Positions 1-10,145 of a stretch of DNA of 64,000 nucleotides are shown here, piece after piece (the stretch's first letter is position 1; every line of letters starts with the position of its first letter). Source of the stretch: Patescibacteria group bacterium (lineage in GTDB: Bacteria; Patescibacteriota; Microgenomatia; 2-02-FULL-39-11); the NCBI GenBank assembly GCA_023379265.1, contig JAMCUI010000013.1, forward strand, positions 11,576-75,575. The letters are read 5' to 3'. Below the pieces are notes generated by a model that worked only from the letters and a program-made list of their open reading frames with translations, was not told the DNA's origin and made no database searches. The position numbers were made by a program, and so were the translations under genes.

Positions 1-116
1 AGGTAGGAGGATATTGCTTTACCGGTTATATAAAAAGTTTCTTCGTTGAGTTGGTCGGGATAAGTGCCTCTAATATCGTAGTCGTGGAAAATTTTTGTAT
101 CAATATTTACAGACAT
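1..116 (-). CDS. Phosphomannomutase/phosphoglucomutase family, N-terminal part (runs off window)
   Basis: Manual translation MSVNIDTKIFHDYDIRGTYPDQLNEETFYITGKAISSY; F-x-x-YDIRG is the PMM/PGM N-terminal motif. Confidence 0.8.
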   Translation of the reverse strand, partial: MSVNIDTKIFHDYDIRGTYPDQLNEETFYITGKAISSY

Positions 117-157
117 GTATGAAAAATTATGATATATGGATCAGTACAGAATTCATG

Positions 158-847
158 CTAAAGACTTAAAATAAAAATGTCAAGTAGCTCCCCCAACCGG
201 AAAGGGGTCTGGCCTGATTTTATATTATTTTCTATTGACAGAAGCTGTCGGTAGGCAGAAAGAAGTTTCTTTTTATCAAAATATCTGGATTGCTTTATAA
301 ACCTTAAGGCTTGCCATTGGGGCATACCCGGAAAACCTTTCTCGCCTTTGTCCTTTGCCAAAAGAAGAAGTCTTACCTGACGAAGGAACATGAGAAGTAT
401 AAGCTCAGCGGCACGCTGTGACAAGACTGATCTAAAGAGTGAAAGCGATTTGACGGGAGTATCAGCTCCCAAGGAATCCAGCAAACGGAAGAGAAGCATG
501 GGCGGCTGAGATAATATTTCCCGGCAGTTTGGGAAAATTTTTGACAACAACCTTTTGTCTACTTGTGTTTTTTCCCAGATGATGATGTCTGAAATTTTGC
601 TTTCATTTTGAAGAAATTGGATAATCTGGTCTTTTTGGGAAGACGCAGGTCTGGCAATCAGATTTTCTACTATGACAGTTTTTTTATCCTGAAAGAAGGA
701 ATGTGACTGGATAACTGTGGTAAGTTCTGTAATATCGGTTTTTATACCGTCTATATGGACTATCTCTGCGCTCTCCCTCCTCCCTTTTTCCATATCAAGA
801 GCTTTGAGAGAGGAGACTGTATCGTCGCCGTGAATGATGGTAATCAT
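158..847 (-). CDS. holA: DNA polymerase III delta subunit (short form)
   Basis: MITIIHGDD start, SFFQDKKTVIVENL, and C-terminal LLSIENNIKSGQ...LLDIFIL typical of HolA. Confidence 0.75.
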   Translation of the reverse strand: MITIIHGDDTVSSLKALDMEKGRRESAEIVHIDGIKTDITELTTVIQSHSFFQDKKTVIVENLIARPASSQKDQIIQFLQNESKISDIIIWEKTQVDKRLLSKIFPNCREILSQPPMLLFRLLDSLGADTPVKSLSLFRSVLSQRAAELILLMFLRQVRLLLLAKDKGEKGFPGMPQWQALRFIKQSRYFDKKKLLSAYRQLLSIENNIKSGQTPFRLGELLDIFILSL

Positions 848-1221
848 GTTTTTGCTTTCATTTCCTGAAAAAGGCTTTCCACTCGTCTTGCGTCTATCCT
901 TTTGCCGCGTCCTCTATGGGGCAGGAGCGAGCCGGAAAAATTACTGGGGATATGAAGAAGTTCGTGTATCAGTATCCTAGTTCTGTCGTCGTCTGATAAG
1001 TGGTCATAATGTTGGGAAAGCACTTCAATCACATAATGCGCCGGTAGGTTAAGAGCCATCTGCCAGACTTTGGGGAAACTCCATATCCTTGCCCTGGCTC
1101 TTGAGGATGACCCGGTACTGCGAAAGGAAACGATACGCTTGGGGTCAATATATTTCAACTCCAGCTTTTCTACAATCTTCTCAATCCCCTCTTGTATATC
1201 CGGAGCTTTTTGCCAGTCCAT
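844..1221 (-). CDS. Putative metallopeptidase (HExxH)
   Basis: LIHELLHIP motif, ARARIW, YVIEV; start taken at internal Met (MDWQKAPD) to avoid overlap with the upstream gene. Confidence 0.7.
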   Translation of the reverse strand: MDWQKAPDIQEGIEKIVEKLELKYIDPKRIVSFRSTGSSSRARARIWSFPKVWQMALNLPAHYVIEVLSQHYDHLSDDDRTRILIHELLHIPSNFSGSLLPHRGRGKRIDARRVESLFQEMKAKT

Positions 1222-1279
1222 CTTTAGTGTTTTTTTGGATTTGCGTCTTAGTCTGAACAAAGTAAGTTCAATTATAAAT

Positions 1280-1645
1280 TCATCTTCCTCCGGATTCAAT
1301 ATATTCCCTGAGGGCTGCGGCATTATTGCATCTTTCCTCTTTTGCACTAAAGACCAATGTCGCTTTGCCTTTCTTTATTTCTGATTTTAAGAGACCGACA
1401 ATGTCTTTTTTGGCTTTTAACTCGGTAAAATACCTTTTTTTGAACTCTTCCCATTTTTCCTTATCATGGTTGAACCACTTACGCAGGTTGTCGCTGGGAG
1501 CTATATCCTTTAACCAGAGATCAATTTTGGCTTTTTCCTTTGTTAATCCTCGTGGCCAAAGCCGGTCAACCAATATTCTTTTGCCGTCATCTTTTTCGGC
1601 CTTTTCGTAAACACGTTTTAGCGATATTATACTCATCATTTCCAA
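1280..1645 (-). CDS. DUF488/YeaO family protein
   Basis: KRVYE...DGKRILVDRLWPRG...WLKDIAPS...LRKWFNH signature. Confidence 0.9.
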   Translation of the reverse strand: MEMMSIISLKRVYEKAEKDDGKRILVDRLWPRGLTKEKAKIDLWLKDIAPSDNLRKWFNHDKEKWEEFKKRYFTELKAKKDIVGLLKSEIKKGKATLVFSAKEERCNNAAALREYIESGGR

Positions 1646-1676
1646 ATTATAACACTCTGTAAAGCATTCTAAATTA

Positions 1677-3092
1677 CTAACGGGTTGGAGATGGGTTTGT
1701 GGTAACCGACGACGTGGGGACGGGAGTAGGACTGGACGGCTCTTGAGTCGGTTGTGAAGTGGGTACAGGAGTGTTTGTCGGGCTGACAGCTGTGGGATTT
1801 GAAGGGATGGATGTTACCGTTGGGTTTGTATTGTTATTGCTTGCTGAAGTAGGAGTAGGATTGGAGGAGGTTAAACTGCTAAACGCGACGCTTGGGCTAT
1901 GATTGTTTTGATCGGTAACCGTAAATGAACTCGACGTATCCTGGACGGACAGACTGACCGTACCTGAATTTTGCGAACTTACTGAAAATGAAACCTGGCC
2001 GTTTTGGGCTGTAAGATTTATGGGTGGTTTTGATCCATTTATTGTAAGACTGGAATCGTTGGAAGATTGGGAAATGGTAATGTTTTCATTTGAAGAAACT
2101 GTATTTTTGTTGCAATCCCTTATGACCACGCTAAATGTGACAGATGATCCTGTATTTGCAGATACCGGTGAAGCTGGGTAAACATCGGAGTACCAGGCAT
2201 TTGCTACGCCTGCCCCTGAGTTGCAATTGGAATTTCCAGATGAATTATTGGAAAAGGTGATAGACGGGTTATGGTTGTTTATATCGGTTATGGTAAATGA
2301 TTTAGTGGTATCCTGCACCATAAGTGTGACTGTACCAGAAGTTTGGGAACTGATATAAAAACTGGCCTGGCCGTTTTGGGCAGTCAACGTATAAGGAAGA
2401 CTGTTTCCGTTTATTTTTGTGTTCTGATCGCCTGAACTTAAAGAAATTTTTAACGTATCGTCCACCTGCGCCGTTTGCTTGTTGCAATCCCTTAAGACTA
2501 CAACCATTTCGACTGATCCCGTCGTTGTATTTATAGGCGGGTTTGGGTACACGTCAGAATACCAGGAGTTTGCCTCCCCGGTGCCTGTTGAACAATTGGG
2601 ATTACCGGTATTGGTACCGTTGTTTGAAGAGGAATTGGAGGAAGATGTGGGTACCGGAACAAGTGTCGGTAGGGGTGGTAAAGTCGGGTAGGGTGAGGTA
2701 TGTATAATTGGGCTTTTATAAACGGGTGCTGAATAATCTGCTGAACCCAACACATGGAGGTTTACCTCAGGAGTGGTAGGCAAAGCAAGAGTCGGCAAGG
2801 GATTATTTTGTGCGTGATAATAGAAGATATCGCTATTAGTTCTTTTCTCTGAAGTGTCCATTTTGGAAAGCAAATATCCTCTATACCACATCGCCAGTGA
2901 TACAAATGAAACAATTATAACTGAAATTACCACTGCCGCTTTGTGCCTGAAGAGAAAAATCAGGCTTTTTCTTACCGGCTTTATTTTTATTTTTGATAAA
3001 TGAGGAATATGGAATAATTTTCGTGGTTTTGACAGTTTAGGAAATTTTGGTAATTTTGGGAGATTAGGCAATTTAGGAAACTTAAACTTCAT
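1677..3092 (-). CDS. Membrane-anchored surface protein with two Ig-like repeats and P/S/T-rich linkers
   Basis: Basic N-terminus, one TM helix (AAVVISVIIVSFVSLAMWY), two repeats C..G.G.AN.WYSDVYP...RDCNK...LTAQNGQ.SF...VQDT..SFT.TD.NNH.PS, PTS-rich tail. Confidence 0.7.
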   Translation of the reverse strand: MKFKFPKLPNLPKLPKFPKLSKPRKLFHIPHLSKIKIKPVRKSLIFLFRHKAAVVISVIIVSFVSLAMWYRGYLLSKMDTSEKRTNSDIFYYHAQNNPLPTLALPTTPEVNLHVLGSADYSAPVYKSPIIHTSPYPTLPPLPTLVPVPTSSSNSSSNNGTNTGNPNCSTGTGEANSWYSDVYPNPPINTTTGSVEMVVVLRDCNKQTAQVDDTLKISLSSGDQNTKINGNSLPYTLTAQNGQASFYISSQTSGTVTLMVQDTTKSFTITDINNHNPSITFSNNSSGNSNCNSGAGVANAWYSDVYPASPVSANTGSSVTFSVVIRDCNKNTVSSNENITISQSSNDSSLTINGSKPPINLTAQNGQVSFSVSSQNSGTVSLSVQDTSSSFTVTDQNNHSPSVAFSSLTSSNPTPTSASNNNTNPTVTSIPSNPTAVSPTNTPVPTSQPTQEPSSPTPVPTSSVTTNPSPTR

Positions 3093-3166
3093 AGCCTAAT
3101 TATACATCTAAAAATTAAGGAAAAATTCAGTTTAGCCAAAAGATCATCTTCTGATATAATTGCTTT

Positions 3167-4258
3167 ATGAACTTAACAATAGGGATTGTCGGACTTCCCA
3201 ATGTCGGTAAATCGACACTTTTCAACGCCCTTCTCAAAAAACAGGTTGCGGATGTAGCCAATTATCCTTTCTGTACCATAGAACCAAACGTAGGTGTGAT
3301 AGAAGTGCCTGATTCCCGCCTAGTCGTGCTCGCTAAAGTGGTAAACACACAAAAAATCATCCCTGCAGTAGTAGAATTCTACGATATTGCCGGGCTTGTC
3401 AAAGGAGCTTCAACAGGCGCCGGTCTTGGAAATAAATTCCTTTCCCACATAAGGGAGGTAGCTGCTATTGTCCACGTAGTCAGGTTTTTTGAGGATAGCA
3501 ATATCGCCCATGTATCGGAAAAAATCGATCCGGCCGATGATATAAAAACTATAAACACAGAGCTTATCTTGGCTGACATTGCAACATTGGAAAAGCAACC
3601 TGAACCCAGGATGAATGCTACCAAAGAAGAAAGATATACATATGACACTGTAAAAATTCTGATGGGCAAATTAAACCAAGACATTACAGCTAGGAATGCT
3701 AAACTTGATGGCGATCAGTTAAAGTCGGTTTCACAACTAAATCTCCTGACACTGAAACCTGTAATCTATGTACTAAACCTTTCCGAGAGACAGCTTGAAA
3801 AGATAAAAGATTTTGAAGAGAAGGCCAAGGAAATCCTCCATGAGGCAGGGGAAAAAGCAGATATCGTCAGTCTTTGCGCTAAACTCGAGAATGAAGTCCT
3901 GTCCCTAAACCCTGAAGAGCAGAAAGAGTATTTGGAGCAGTATTCACTCTCAGAGATCGGTCTAAACAGGTTAGTGAAAAAAACTTATGGCATCCTAAAC
4001 CTCATATCGTTTCTCACTGCAGGCGAAAAGGAAGTAAGGGCTTGGACAATTACTTTGGGCACGCTTGCCCCACAAGCTGCAGCTGTCATTCACACGGATT
4101 TTGAGAAGCACTTTATAAAAGCCGATATTGCCTCATATGAAGATTTTGTCAGTCTTGGGGGCTGGGTAAATGTAAGGGAAGAGGGAAAAGTTTTCTCAGC
4201 AGGCAAGGACTACCAGATGAAAGACGGTGATGTAGTGGAGTTTAAGATCGGCGTATAG
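3167..4258 (+). CDS. ychF: Redox-regulated ATPase YchF (Obg family)
   Basis: [46 protein letters not shown] domain. Confidence 0.97.
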   Translation: MNLTIGIVGLPNVGKSTLFNALLKKQVADVANYPFCTIEPNVGVIEVPDSRLVVLAKVVNTQKIIPAVVEFYDIAGLVKGASTGAGLGNKFLSHIREVAAIVHVVRFFEDSNIAHVSEKIDPADDIKTINTELILADIATLEKQPEPRMNATKEERYTYDTVKILMGKLNQDITARNAKLDGDQLKSVSQLNLLTLKPVIYVLNLSERQLEKIKDFEEKAKEILHEAGEKADIVSLCAKLENEVLSLNPEEQKEYLEQYSLSEIGLNRLVKKTYGILNLISFLTAGEKEVRAWTITLGTLAPQAAAVIHTDFEKHFIKADIASYEDFVSLGGWVNVREEGKVFSAGKDYQMKDGDVVEFKIGV

Positions 4259-4295
4259 GATAACGGGTGATGAGTTATGTGTTGTGAGTTAGTGA

Positions 4296-4745
4296 TTATT
4301 TTCTGATTTTGGCAGGTCGTTTGACGAGCTTTGCGATAAAGACAATTTCTCGCACTTCCCCATCTTCTCCCTCTATCTCATTGCTTCCCGACATGCGTTG
4401 GTATTCGGATAGATAATCCGAGAGAGCAGTATCCATCTCTTTTATCTCTGTTGTAAGAGCTTTGATTTTCTCATCTATCGCGGCTACATTTGGCTGTTTT
4501 AGGAGTTGCTGTTTGGTCTGACTTTTTACTCGTGCAGCCTCCTTGGCTTTCTCACTATGGAGATTGTATGTAGGATCATTCGTAAAGATATCATCCAGCA
4601 TCTGACGCTGTTCCTTGAGCTGTTTCCGGCGCGAATCTATGCCGGCAATATGGCTCTTGACCAGGTTTTCCAGATTTAGAAGTACGTCAGTCTGGCTTTC
4701 CTCAAGGGGTTTCTGTGTCTTTTCTTCACTAGGATCATCATTCAT
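4296..4745 (-). CDS. Hypothetical coiled-coil protein
   Basis: Helical charged ORF; start assumed at MNDDPSEE. Confidence 0.6.
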   Translation of the reverse strand: MNDDPSEEKTQKPLEESQTDVLLNLENLVKSHIAGIDSRRKQLKEQRQMLDDIFTNDPTYNLHSEKAKEAARVKSQTKQQLLKQPNVAAIDEKIKALTTEIKEMDTALSDYLSEYQRMSGSNEIEGEDGEVREIVFIAKLVKRPAKIRK

Positions 4746-4833
4746 ATTTCTAGGATAACCGAATCCCATATATTTTTGCAAGAGGAATTTTATATGTCTT
4801 TTCTTTATCCCGAATGTCTGGTATGATAAAAAT

Positions 4834-5178
4834 ATGTTAAAGCAAATCGTTGTCAAAGAGAAAATGGTGTCGGTAAAGCATCACGGGAAAGTGAAATACC
4901 TGGAGCTTGAATGCAATTTCTGCCACAGGCATTTTGATAAACAGGAGAGCTATGTACGCAAACAAAGCAGGATGAGGAAATCAGCCTGTTGCTTTTGCAG
5001 CATCGCCTGCCGCCTGAATTATTATAAAAAAGATCAAAAATCACCCAATCCTTCTATCAAATCAGAAAAGGTGGAGAAAAAACAGATTATAGTCGAGAAA
5101 TCAGAGGATAAAAAAGATACAAAAAAAAGGCCTCCGATAACAACTTTCTTGCGTAAGTTCTTCGGTCTGGATTATTGA
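4834..5178 (+). CDS. Small basic zinc-finger (TRASH-like) protein
   Basis: CNFC...FCSIAC cysteine pattern. Confidence 0.55.
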   Translation: MLKQIVVKEKMVSVKHHGKVKYLELECNFCHRHFDKQESYVRKQSRMRKSACCFCSIACRLNYYKKDQKSPNPSIKSEKVEKKQIIVEKSEDKKDTKKRPPITTFLRKFFGLDY

Positions 5179-5245
5179 CAGGTTACCACATTTTATAGCG
5201 GTTGCCATTTTCCCATTTCCTATATAATAATATTTATATACCTTT

Positions 5246-6619
5246 TTGCATATGAGATCTTCGTCTATATTTCTAGACCGCAGGATAGTGCTTGCCATTA
5301 CGTATGCCCCGGCAGGCCTTGGCCACTTGCGCGTGGCTGACGCCCTTTACCACGGCTTGCCCAAAGACGTGGTGCCGGTTCTTTTGGGTTCTGACGATAC
5401 CTCTATCACCTACATACACCGTTTCTCCAGTATCCATCCGCTTACGCGTGCCCTTATGGTTTTCTGGCAGCAGGGACTTCCCGAAAAAATTTTTACCTTT
5501 TTTTACAGACTTTATCTTCTGACAAGCACGGAGATAATTTATAAGCAGCTCAGGACCATCCTTTCTCAAAGGATAGACCCGGTAAAGACTCTTGTCGTTG
5601 TGGCTACACATTTTGGCCTGGCGCACCAGATTGCCGCAATAAAGGAGTATTTGGAAAAGAAAGAGGGTATAAAAATCATTCTTGTTGTCCAGGTGACAGA
5701 CGACTCTCCCCAACTGATATGGTATGTCAATGGTGCCGATATGATTTTTGTCCCAAGTGTCAGGACAAAAGAATCACTCCTGTCATATGGGCAAAAAGCT
5801 TACCGCAATTTCAAACAGCCCAAGTTCATCGTAGCACCCTACCCGGTAAACCCGCTTATGGCTATCAATCTGCCGCATTATGCTTTCCAGTCAAAATTAC
5901 GCCAGCTATCATCAGAGGAAGATGAAGAAATAAACATCTGTATCCCGCTCTCAGGTGCTGCCGTAGGCACAGATATACTTTATAAGATCATAAAGCTTCT
6001 CCCTGCAAACTCGACACGTTTCCGTTTCCATATCGTAGCCAAAGAAGCACCATACACGCAAAAGTTCATATTGGATCTTCTTAGTGACCCTCACACACTC
6101 TTACACATCGGGCGCTCAGACCGGGAAGTCATAGACCTTTATGACAGGCTATACCAATATCAGACAATTGCCCTTGAAATTACAAAACCCAGCGAGCAGG
6201 CATTCAAGGCTCTTTTTTCTCCACGGCAAAAAGGAGGAGCCATTCTCCTTTTCCTAAACCCTGTCGGTAAGCAGGAGTATGACAACCTGGATTTTTTACG
6301 CAGGCATGGCCTAATACCGTCAACAAAAATGAAAAAAATTCTTTGGGACTGGTCACAAGGCAATATATCGGTAAATAAGCATTTGGAAAACGAAATATTG
6401 AAAGAAGCACTAAACTGGAGAGGCATTGAACTACCCAAAAATTCATTTGATACGGTGGAATTTATAAACTTTTCCCTGAAAAAAGGAATTTTCTCCCAAA
6501 TGGCCAACTTCCACATGCCATCCTCTCTTACAGAAAATCATAAACAGGAGATCTCTCCCGAAGGTGTCGACATTTTCTGGGATAAAGTGGAAGAACACCT
6601 GGATCGGGTAGCCAGCTGA
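5246..6619 (+). CDS. GT-B fold glycosyltransferase-like protein
   Basis: APAGLGHLRVADAL N-terminal motif, VATH, QVTDD, ITKPSE resemble MGDG-synthase/MurG-like GTs. Confidence 0.55.
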   Translation: MHMRSSSIFLDRRIVLAITYAPAGLGHLRVADALYHGLPKDVVPVLLGSDDTSITYIHRFSSIHPLTRALMVFWQQGLPEKIFTFFYRLYLLTSTEIIYKQLRTILSQRIDPVKTLVVVATHFGLAHQIAAIKEYLEKKEGIKIILVVQVTDDSPQLIWYVNGADMIFVPSVRTKESLLSYGQKAYRNFKQPKFIVAPYPVNPLMAINLPHYAFQSKLRQLSSEEDEEINICIPLSGAAVGTDILYKIIKLLPANSTRFRFHIVAKEAPYTQKFILDLLSDPHTLLHIGRSDREVIDLYDRLYQYQTIALEITKPSEQAFKALFSPRQKGGAILLFLNPVGKQEYDNLDFLRRHGLIPSTKMKKILWDWSQGNISVNKHLENEILKEALNWRGIELPKNSFDTVEFINFSLKKGIFSQMANFHMPSSLTENHKQEISPEGVDIFWDKVEEHLDRVAS

Positions 6620-7876
6620 TTATTCTTCCTTATCTTGCTTTACCGCTCTTGCGTCGTTAAACCACCTACTCTGTGAAAGTATTTTCCATATAGCATATGA
6701 AGAGGCTTGTACCACAGCGCTCACAAGATTTCTTCCCACAGTTGCGGAAGTCCCTCTTTCTCCCGCCAGTATTCCCAAAATAGAAACTGAGACTTCAGGT
6801 ATAGCTACACCCAGGATCATAGCCGCCATGGCAAACCTATCCTGCCTCTTTATATTTTGGGGATAGAGATTTTTAGCCAAAATCGTTGCCGCCATACCCA
6901 GTCCATTTACACCTATACGCACGTCTTTATCCCGGATAGTCTTCAGATTAAATTTGGCATTATTTGCCAAAGCCGAAAAATTCGCAATGTAGGCGGCAAT
7001 TACTAAACCAGCTAAAACCTGCGGATCGTGGATATCTTTGAGGAAAGGGAATAGGGCACCGGAGGCGGTAGTGGCGGTAGACAACCCTTCGCCAGCGGCG
7101 GTCATAACTGCTATGAGTATGGCGGCATTCCTGATCTTAACTACCGTCTCTTTTGGTACATCCAGTATCCCCATCAGCCTATCACTTTCAAGAGGCTCCA
7201 AAGTCGCAAGCCTCCTTACGATCCTGGCTTCTAGTATGAAAAGATCCTTTTTCCCGACAGGCCTATTCCCACTTGTGGATTTATTTTTCTCCAAACCAAT
7301 TAAAATACCGTATGATGTCAATAGATCCAATTCGCCGGCCATGTCCGGATGTGCCCGGAGAAATTTAGAGGACATTTCTTTATCTCCTGCTGCTTCCAAT
7401 AGTAAAACCAGCCTGCCTGTCACCTCCCGCCTTTCCCTTTGCCATTCCCTTCTTTGTCTTGAAAAGATTATTCCCTTTTTAGTTGGTTTCTTAGACATAA
7501 TTTCATCTGAAATTCTCTTTATCAAAGGAAACTGGTCCATAAAACCGGCTGCCTGGGAAATCTTGTCCTCAGAATGAACCGGTTTTTGAGTGGTATACTG
7601 CAGTCTTCCGACCAGCTGGGACAATCCCCACTGTTCTCCCCAGGATCCCAATTCCTGACTAATGTCTTTCCCTTCGAGAAGTTGGGTGAGTATTGGTTCC
7701 ATGGCAGATACCATCTCATCCTGTGTGGGGATTGGAAGGCCTGAATTCCGGTTTTTTTCCGCCTGCCAACCCGCCTGGCTTCGCGCCAGTTTCGTTGCCC
7801 ATTTCTGTGCAGGAGTTGGCCGACTCGTCATATCCCGAAGGAAATTTGAAGATTTTTGTTTTTCGATTACAGGCAT
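6620..7876 (-). CDS. Hypothetical membrane protein
   Basis: Long ORF with several C-terminal hydrophobic segments; start assumed at MPVIEK. Confidence 0.55.
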   Translation of the reverse strand: MPVIEKQKSSNFLRDMTSRPTPAQKWATKLARSQAGWQAEKNRNSGLPIPTQDEMVSAMEPILTQLLEGKDISQELGSWGEQWGLSQLVGRLQYTTQKPVHSEDKISQAAGFMDQFPLIKRISDEIMSKKPTKKGIIFSRQRREWQRERREVTGRLVLLLEAAGDKEMSSKFLRAHPDMAGELDLLTSYGILIGLEKNKSTSGNRPVGKKDLFILEARIVRRLATLEPLESDRLMGILDVPKETVVKIRNAAILIAVMTAAGEGLSTATTASGALFPFLKDIHDPQVLAGLVIAAYIANFSALANNAKFNLKTIRDKDVRIGVNGLGMAATILAKNLYPQNIKRQDRFAMAAMILGVAIPEVSVSILGILAGERGTSATVGRNLVSAVVQASSYAIWKILSQSRWFNDARAVKQDKEE

Positions 7877-8104
7877 AATAGATACTTTATGGAATTTGGG
7901 AATTATATCGCGATAATACCTTGACTGCAATACTATAAGCTTTTCTATATGTGCTAAAGATGGCAAAAAAAAGAAGTACCCGCTCCGAAAATCAAAAGGT
8001 TTTTGAATGTTTTTTAATATATCTCTTTATTCAATTGTGAGAAGTGAGCGTATTAATCATGTGGTACAATTTATCAACAATAGATTAGTTAATTCTCTAT
8101 ATTC

Positions 8105-8764
8105 ATGGACCCTCCTGAACTTATTAAATCAAATGCGAAGTTGCCCTTTAGATTACCCAATGTTGATCTGCATAATAGAGCCCCTAATTGTTATTCAATT
8201 GGAACAAGTAGAGTTTTTTTGTATGAAAACTCTGGATGGTCACCACCTCTTCCTCCCCACGAAATAATTCAGGAATCACAACTTTTAAGAGAGCAAATGA
8301 GCCAAAATCCTAATGATCCTCCAATTGATATTGTCATTGCGAATAAAAAAACATCAGGCGACCAAACTGTGGTATCTGAATGCTTTTATCTAGAAAAACC
8401 TGATAGGTTCGTTGTGGCTGTGTATCCAAATATTCTTAATAAAGTACTATCTGAGGCTCAAACGCTTATGTCAAATACTGGGATTAATTTAGCTCCTGCA
8501 TCGGTACAAGCACTAGCTTGTATTTGGGAAGAAGTAACACATGCAATTAGAGTAGCCAGAAATCCTAGAGAAAGAAGACAGAAGTTTATAGAGGAATATC
8601 GATCTAGAGCCTTAGGAGGTCCATATAGAAAGTATCTAGAAGATGAGATCGAGTCAGAAGCACATAGAATAATAGAACAAAGGTTAAAACAAAAGTATCC
8701 ACAAAATAGGTATGAGACTGCTGGAAAATTGGTATTTGAACTGCCAATAGAAAATCCTACTTAA
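8105..8764 (+). CDS. Hypothetical protein, possibly zincin-like (EEVTH...ESEA)
   Basis: 219-aa AT-rich ORF; EExxH variant of HExxH plus downstream E-x-E-A. Confidence 0.5.
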   Translation: MDPPELIKSNAKLPFRLPNVDLHNRAPNCYSIGTSRVFLYENSGWSPPLPPHEIIQESQLLREQMSQNPNDPPIDIVIANKKTSGDQTVVSECFYLEKPDRFVVAVYPNILNKVLSEAQTLMSNTGINLAPASVQALACIWEEVTHAIRVARNPRERRQKFIEEYRSRALGGPYRKYLEDEIESEAHRIIEQRLKQKYPQNRYETAGKLVFELPIENPT

Positions 8765-8781
8765 AAGAATTGATCACACCT

Positions 8782-9225
8782 TTATAAACGTTCGGCTAAT
8801 GCCTGAACATATAGATTTTTCACATATTTCTTGTCGTTTTCTAGTATATTTCCGTTTGTAGCAATTCGCCAGGCGACATCATCCTCCACATCAGAATAAT
8901 TATGCTTAAAAGCATCAAGACAAACGGTAGCAAGTTTTTCTCCGAAATGTGATAAACCTTTACTTTGTAGCTTACTTCTGTCTAAACCCAAATTTGACAA
9001 ACTGGCAGACCTTACTCTTATAACTTTGTTTTCCGCTTGTCTTCCCGAGGCTGGATATGTGTAGTGTTCTTTAATTCCAAAATTCATTATTCCAGTGGTT
9101 TCAAATCTTGTATTTCCTACACCTGAAAGATCAAAAAAAGGTAAATGATCAGTATGTATTGCTTCTTTTCTCAGTAATACTGATCTCTTTGGTGGATTTT
9201 GAAAGATTCCTTCATTAAATTCCAT
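8782..9225 (-). CDS. Hypothetical protein
   Basis: 147-aa ORF with AAGG upstream of ATG; no recognisable motif. Confidence 0.5.
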   Translation of the reverse strand: MEFNEGIFQNPPKRSVLLRKEAIHTDHLPFFDLSGVGNTRFETTGIMNFGIKEHYTYPASGRQAENKVIRVRSASLSNLGLDRSKLQSKGLSHFGEKLATVCLDAFKHNYSDVEDDVAWRIATNGNILENDKKYVKNLYVQALAERL

Positions 9226-9303
9226 TTACCTTATTTTAACATTCTTTTATGACTACTAAAATATCGGGTCTAAACTGAGGAATTGCTTGGATTAAAAAAA
9301 GAG

Positions 9304-9377
9304 TACCCCGTGCCGGATTCGAACCGGCGATTCTCTGGCTGAAAACCAGATGTCCTGGGCCGCTAGACGAACGGGGC
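9304..9377 (-). tRNA. tRNA-Glu (TTC), CCA not encoded
   Basis: Revcomp GCCCCGTTCGTCTAGCGGCCCAGGACATCTGGTTTTCAGCCAGAGAATCGCCGGTTCGAATCCGGCACGGGGTA folds as a cloverleaf. Confidence 0.96.
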
Positions 9378-9454
9378 TATCGATACACTGTCATTTATTC
9401 TAACAGATTCAATTCTAAAATTGTAAGTTCGGGCCGCTAGACGATTCGTCACTT

Positions 9455-10141
9455 TTACTTCTTACTTTTCGACAGTGATGATTCATCTATTTTCTTTATT
9501 ATCCCGGCAATTATCTTATCAGCATGGTCGCGTCCCCCAAGTCCGAATGCCAGTCCAAAAGCCAAAGACAGCATGGCTACAATCCCTGTGAATAAAATTT
9601 TAACCAGGTCCGCTGCCACGCCCAGTTGGGACAGGATTATCAGTGCCGTAAAAAATATCACTGAATACCTGGCGACATTCCCCAAAATCATGGCTTCCTT
9701 ACTCCCCAATCCCCTCAGACTATGTCGCACAACGTCAGACAATAACTTGGCTGTGACTAGACCGATCCAGCCGATGACTACAGCAACAAATACGTTTGGC
9801 AGGAAGATAAGCAACTGATTTAGTACATCCCCCACTTTTGGTACTCCCCATGTCTCTACAGCCGACGTCAGGAAAAGGAATATCACAGTCCAGCGTACCA
9901 GTTCTGCCAGGAGATTTGGCCAGACTTGCACGTCTTCTTTCTTGACTATCCCCGCAGTTTCCAGCCATTTCTCAATATGGAAATACCGGAATATAATTTT
10001 TATTATATCTTTCAAAAGGGAAGCTATCACAAGACCGATAAAAATGATAAGAAGGCCGGCAATAAACTTTGGCAGGTATCCTGAAATAAGGAGACCTGCA
10101 GAGCTGACGAAATTATTCAGTGTATCAGTGATGATATTCAT
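9455..10141 (-). CDS. Small-conductance mechanosensitive channel-associated TM-helix repeat protein (CmpX-like)
   Basis: Two YLPK/FLPN-type TM repeats, LSQLGVA, AFGLAFGLGGRD. Confidence 0.8.
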   Translation of the reverse strand: MNIITDTLNNFVSSAGLLISGYLPKFIAGLLIIFIGLVIASLLKDIIKIIFRYFHIEKWLETAGIVKKEDVQVWPNLLAELVRWTVIFLFLTSAVETWGVPKVGDVLNQLLIFLPNVFVAVVIGWIGLVTAKLLSDVVRHSLRGLGSKEAMILGNVARYSVIFFTALIILSQLGVAADLVKILFTGIVAMLSLAFGLAFGLGGRDHADKIIAGIIKKIDESSLSKSKK

Positions 10142-10145
10142 AAAG

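Noticed and set aside
7038-7577. Long antisense ORFs here and at 29501-30076, 42111-42629 and 56006-56575
   Set aside because: Antisense shadows of longer genes, with no independent coding signal
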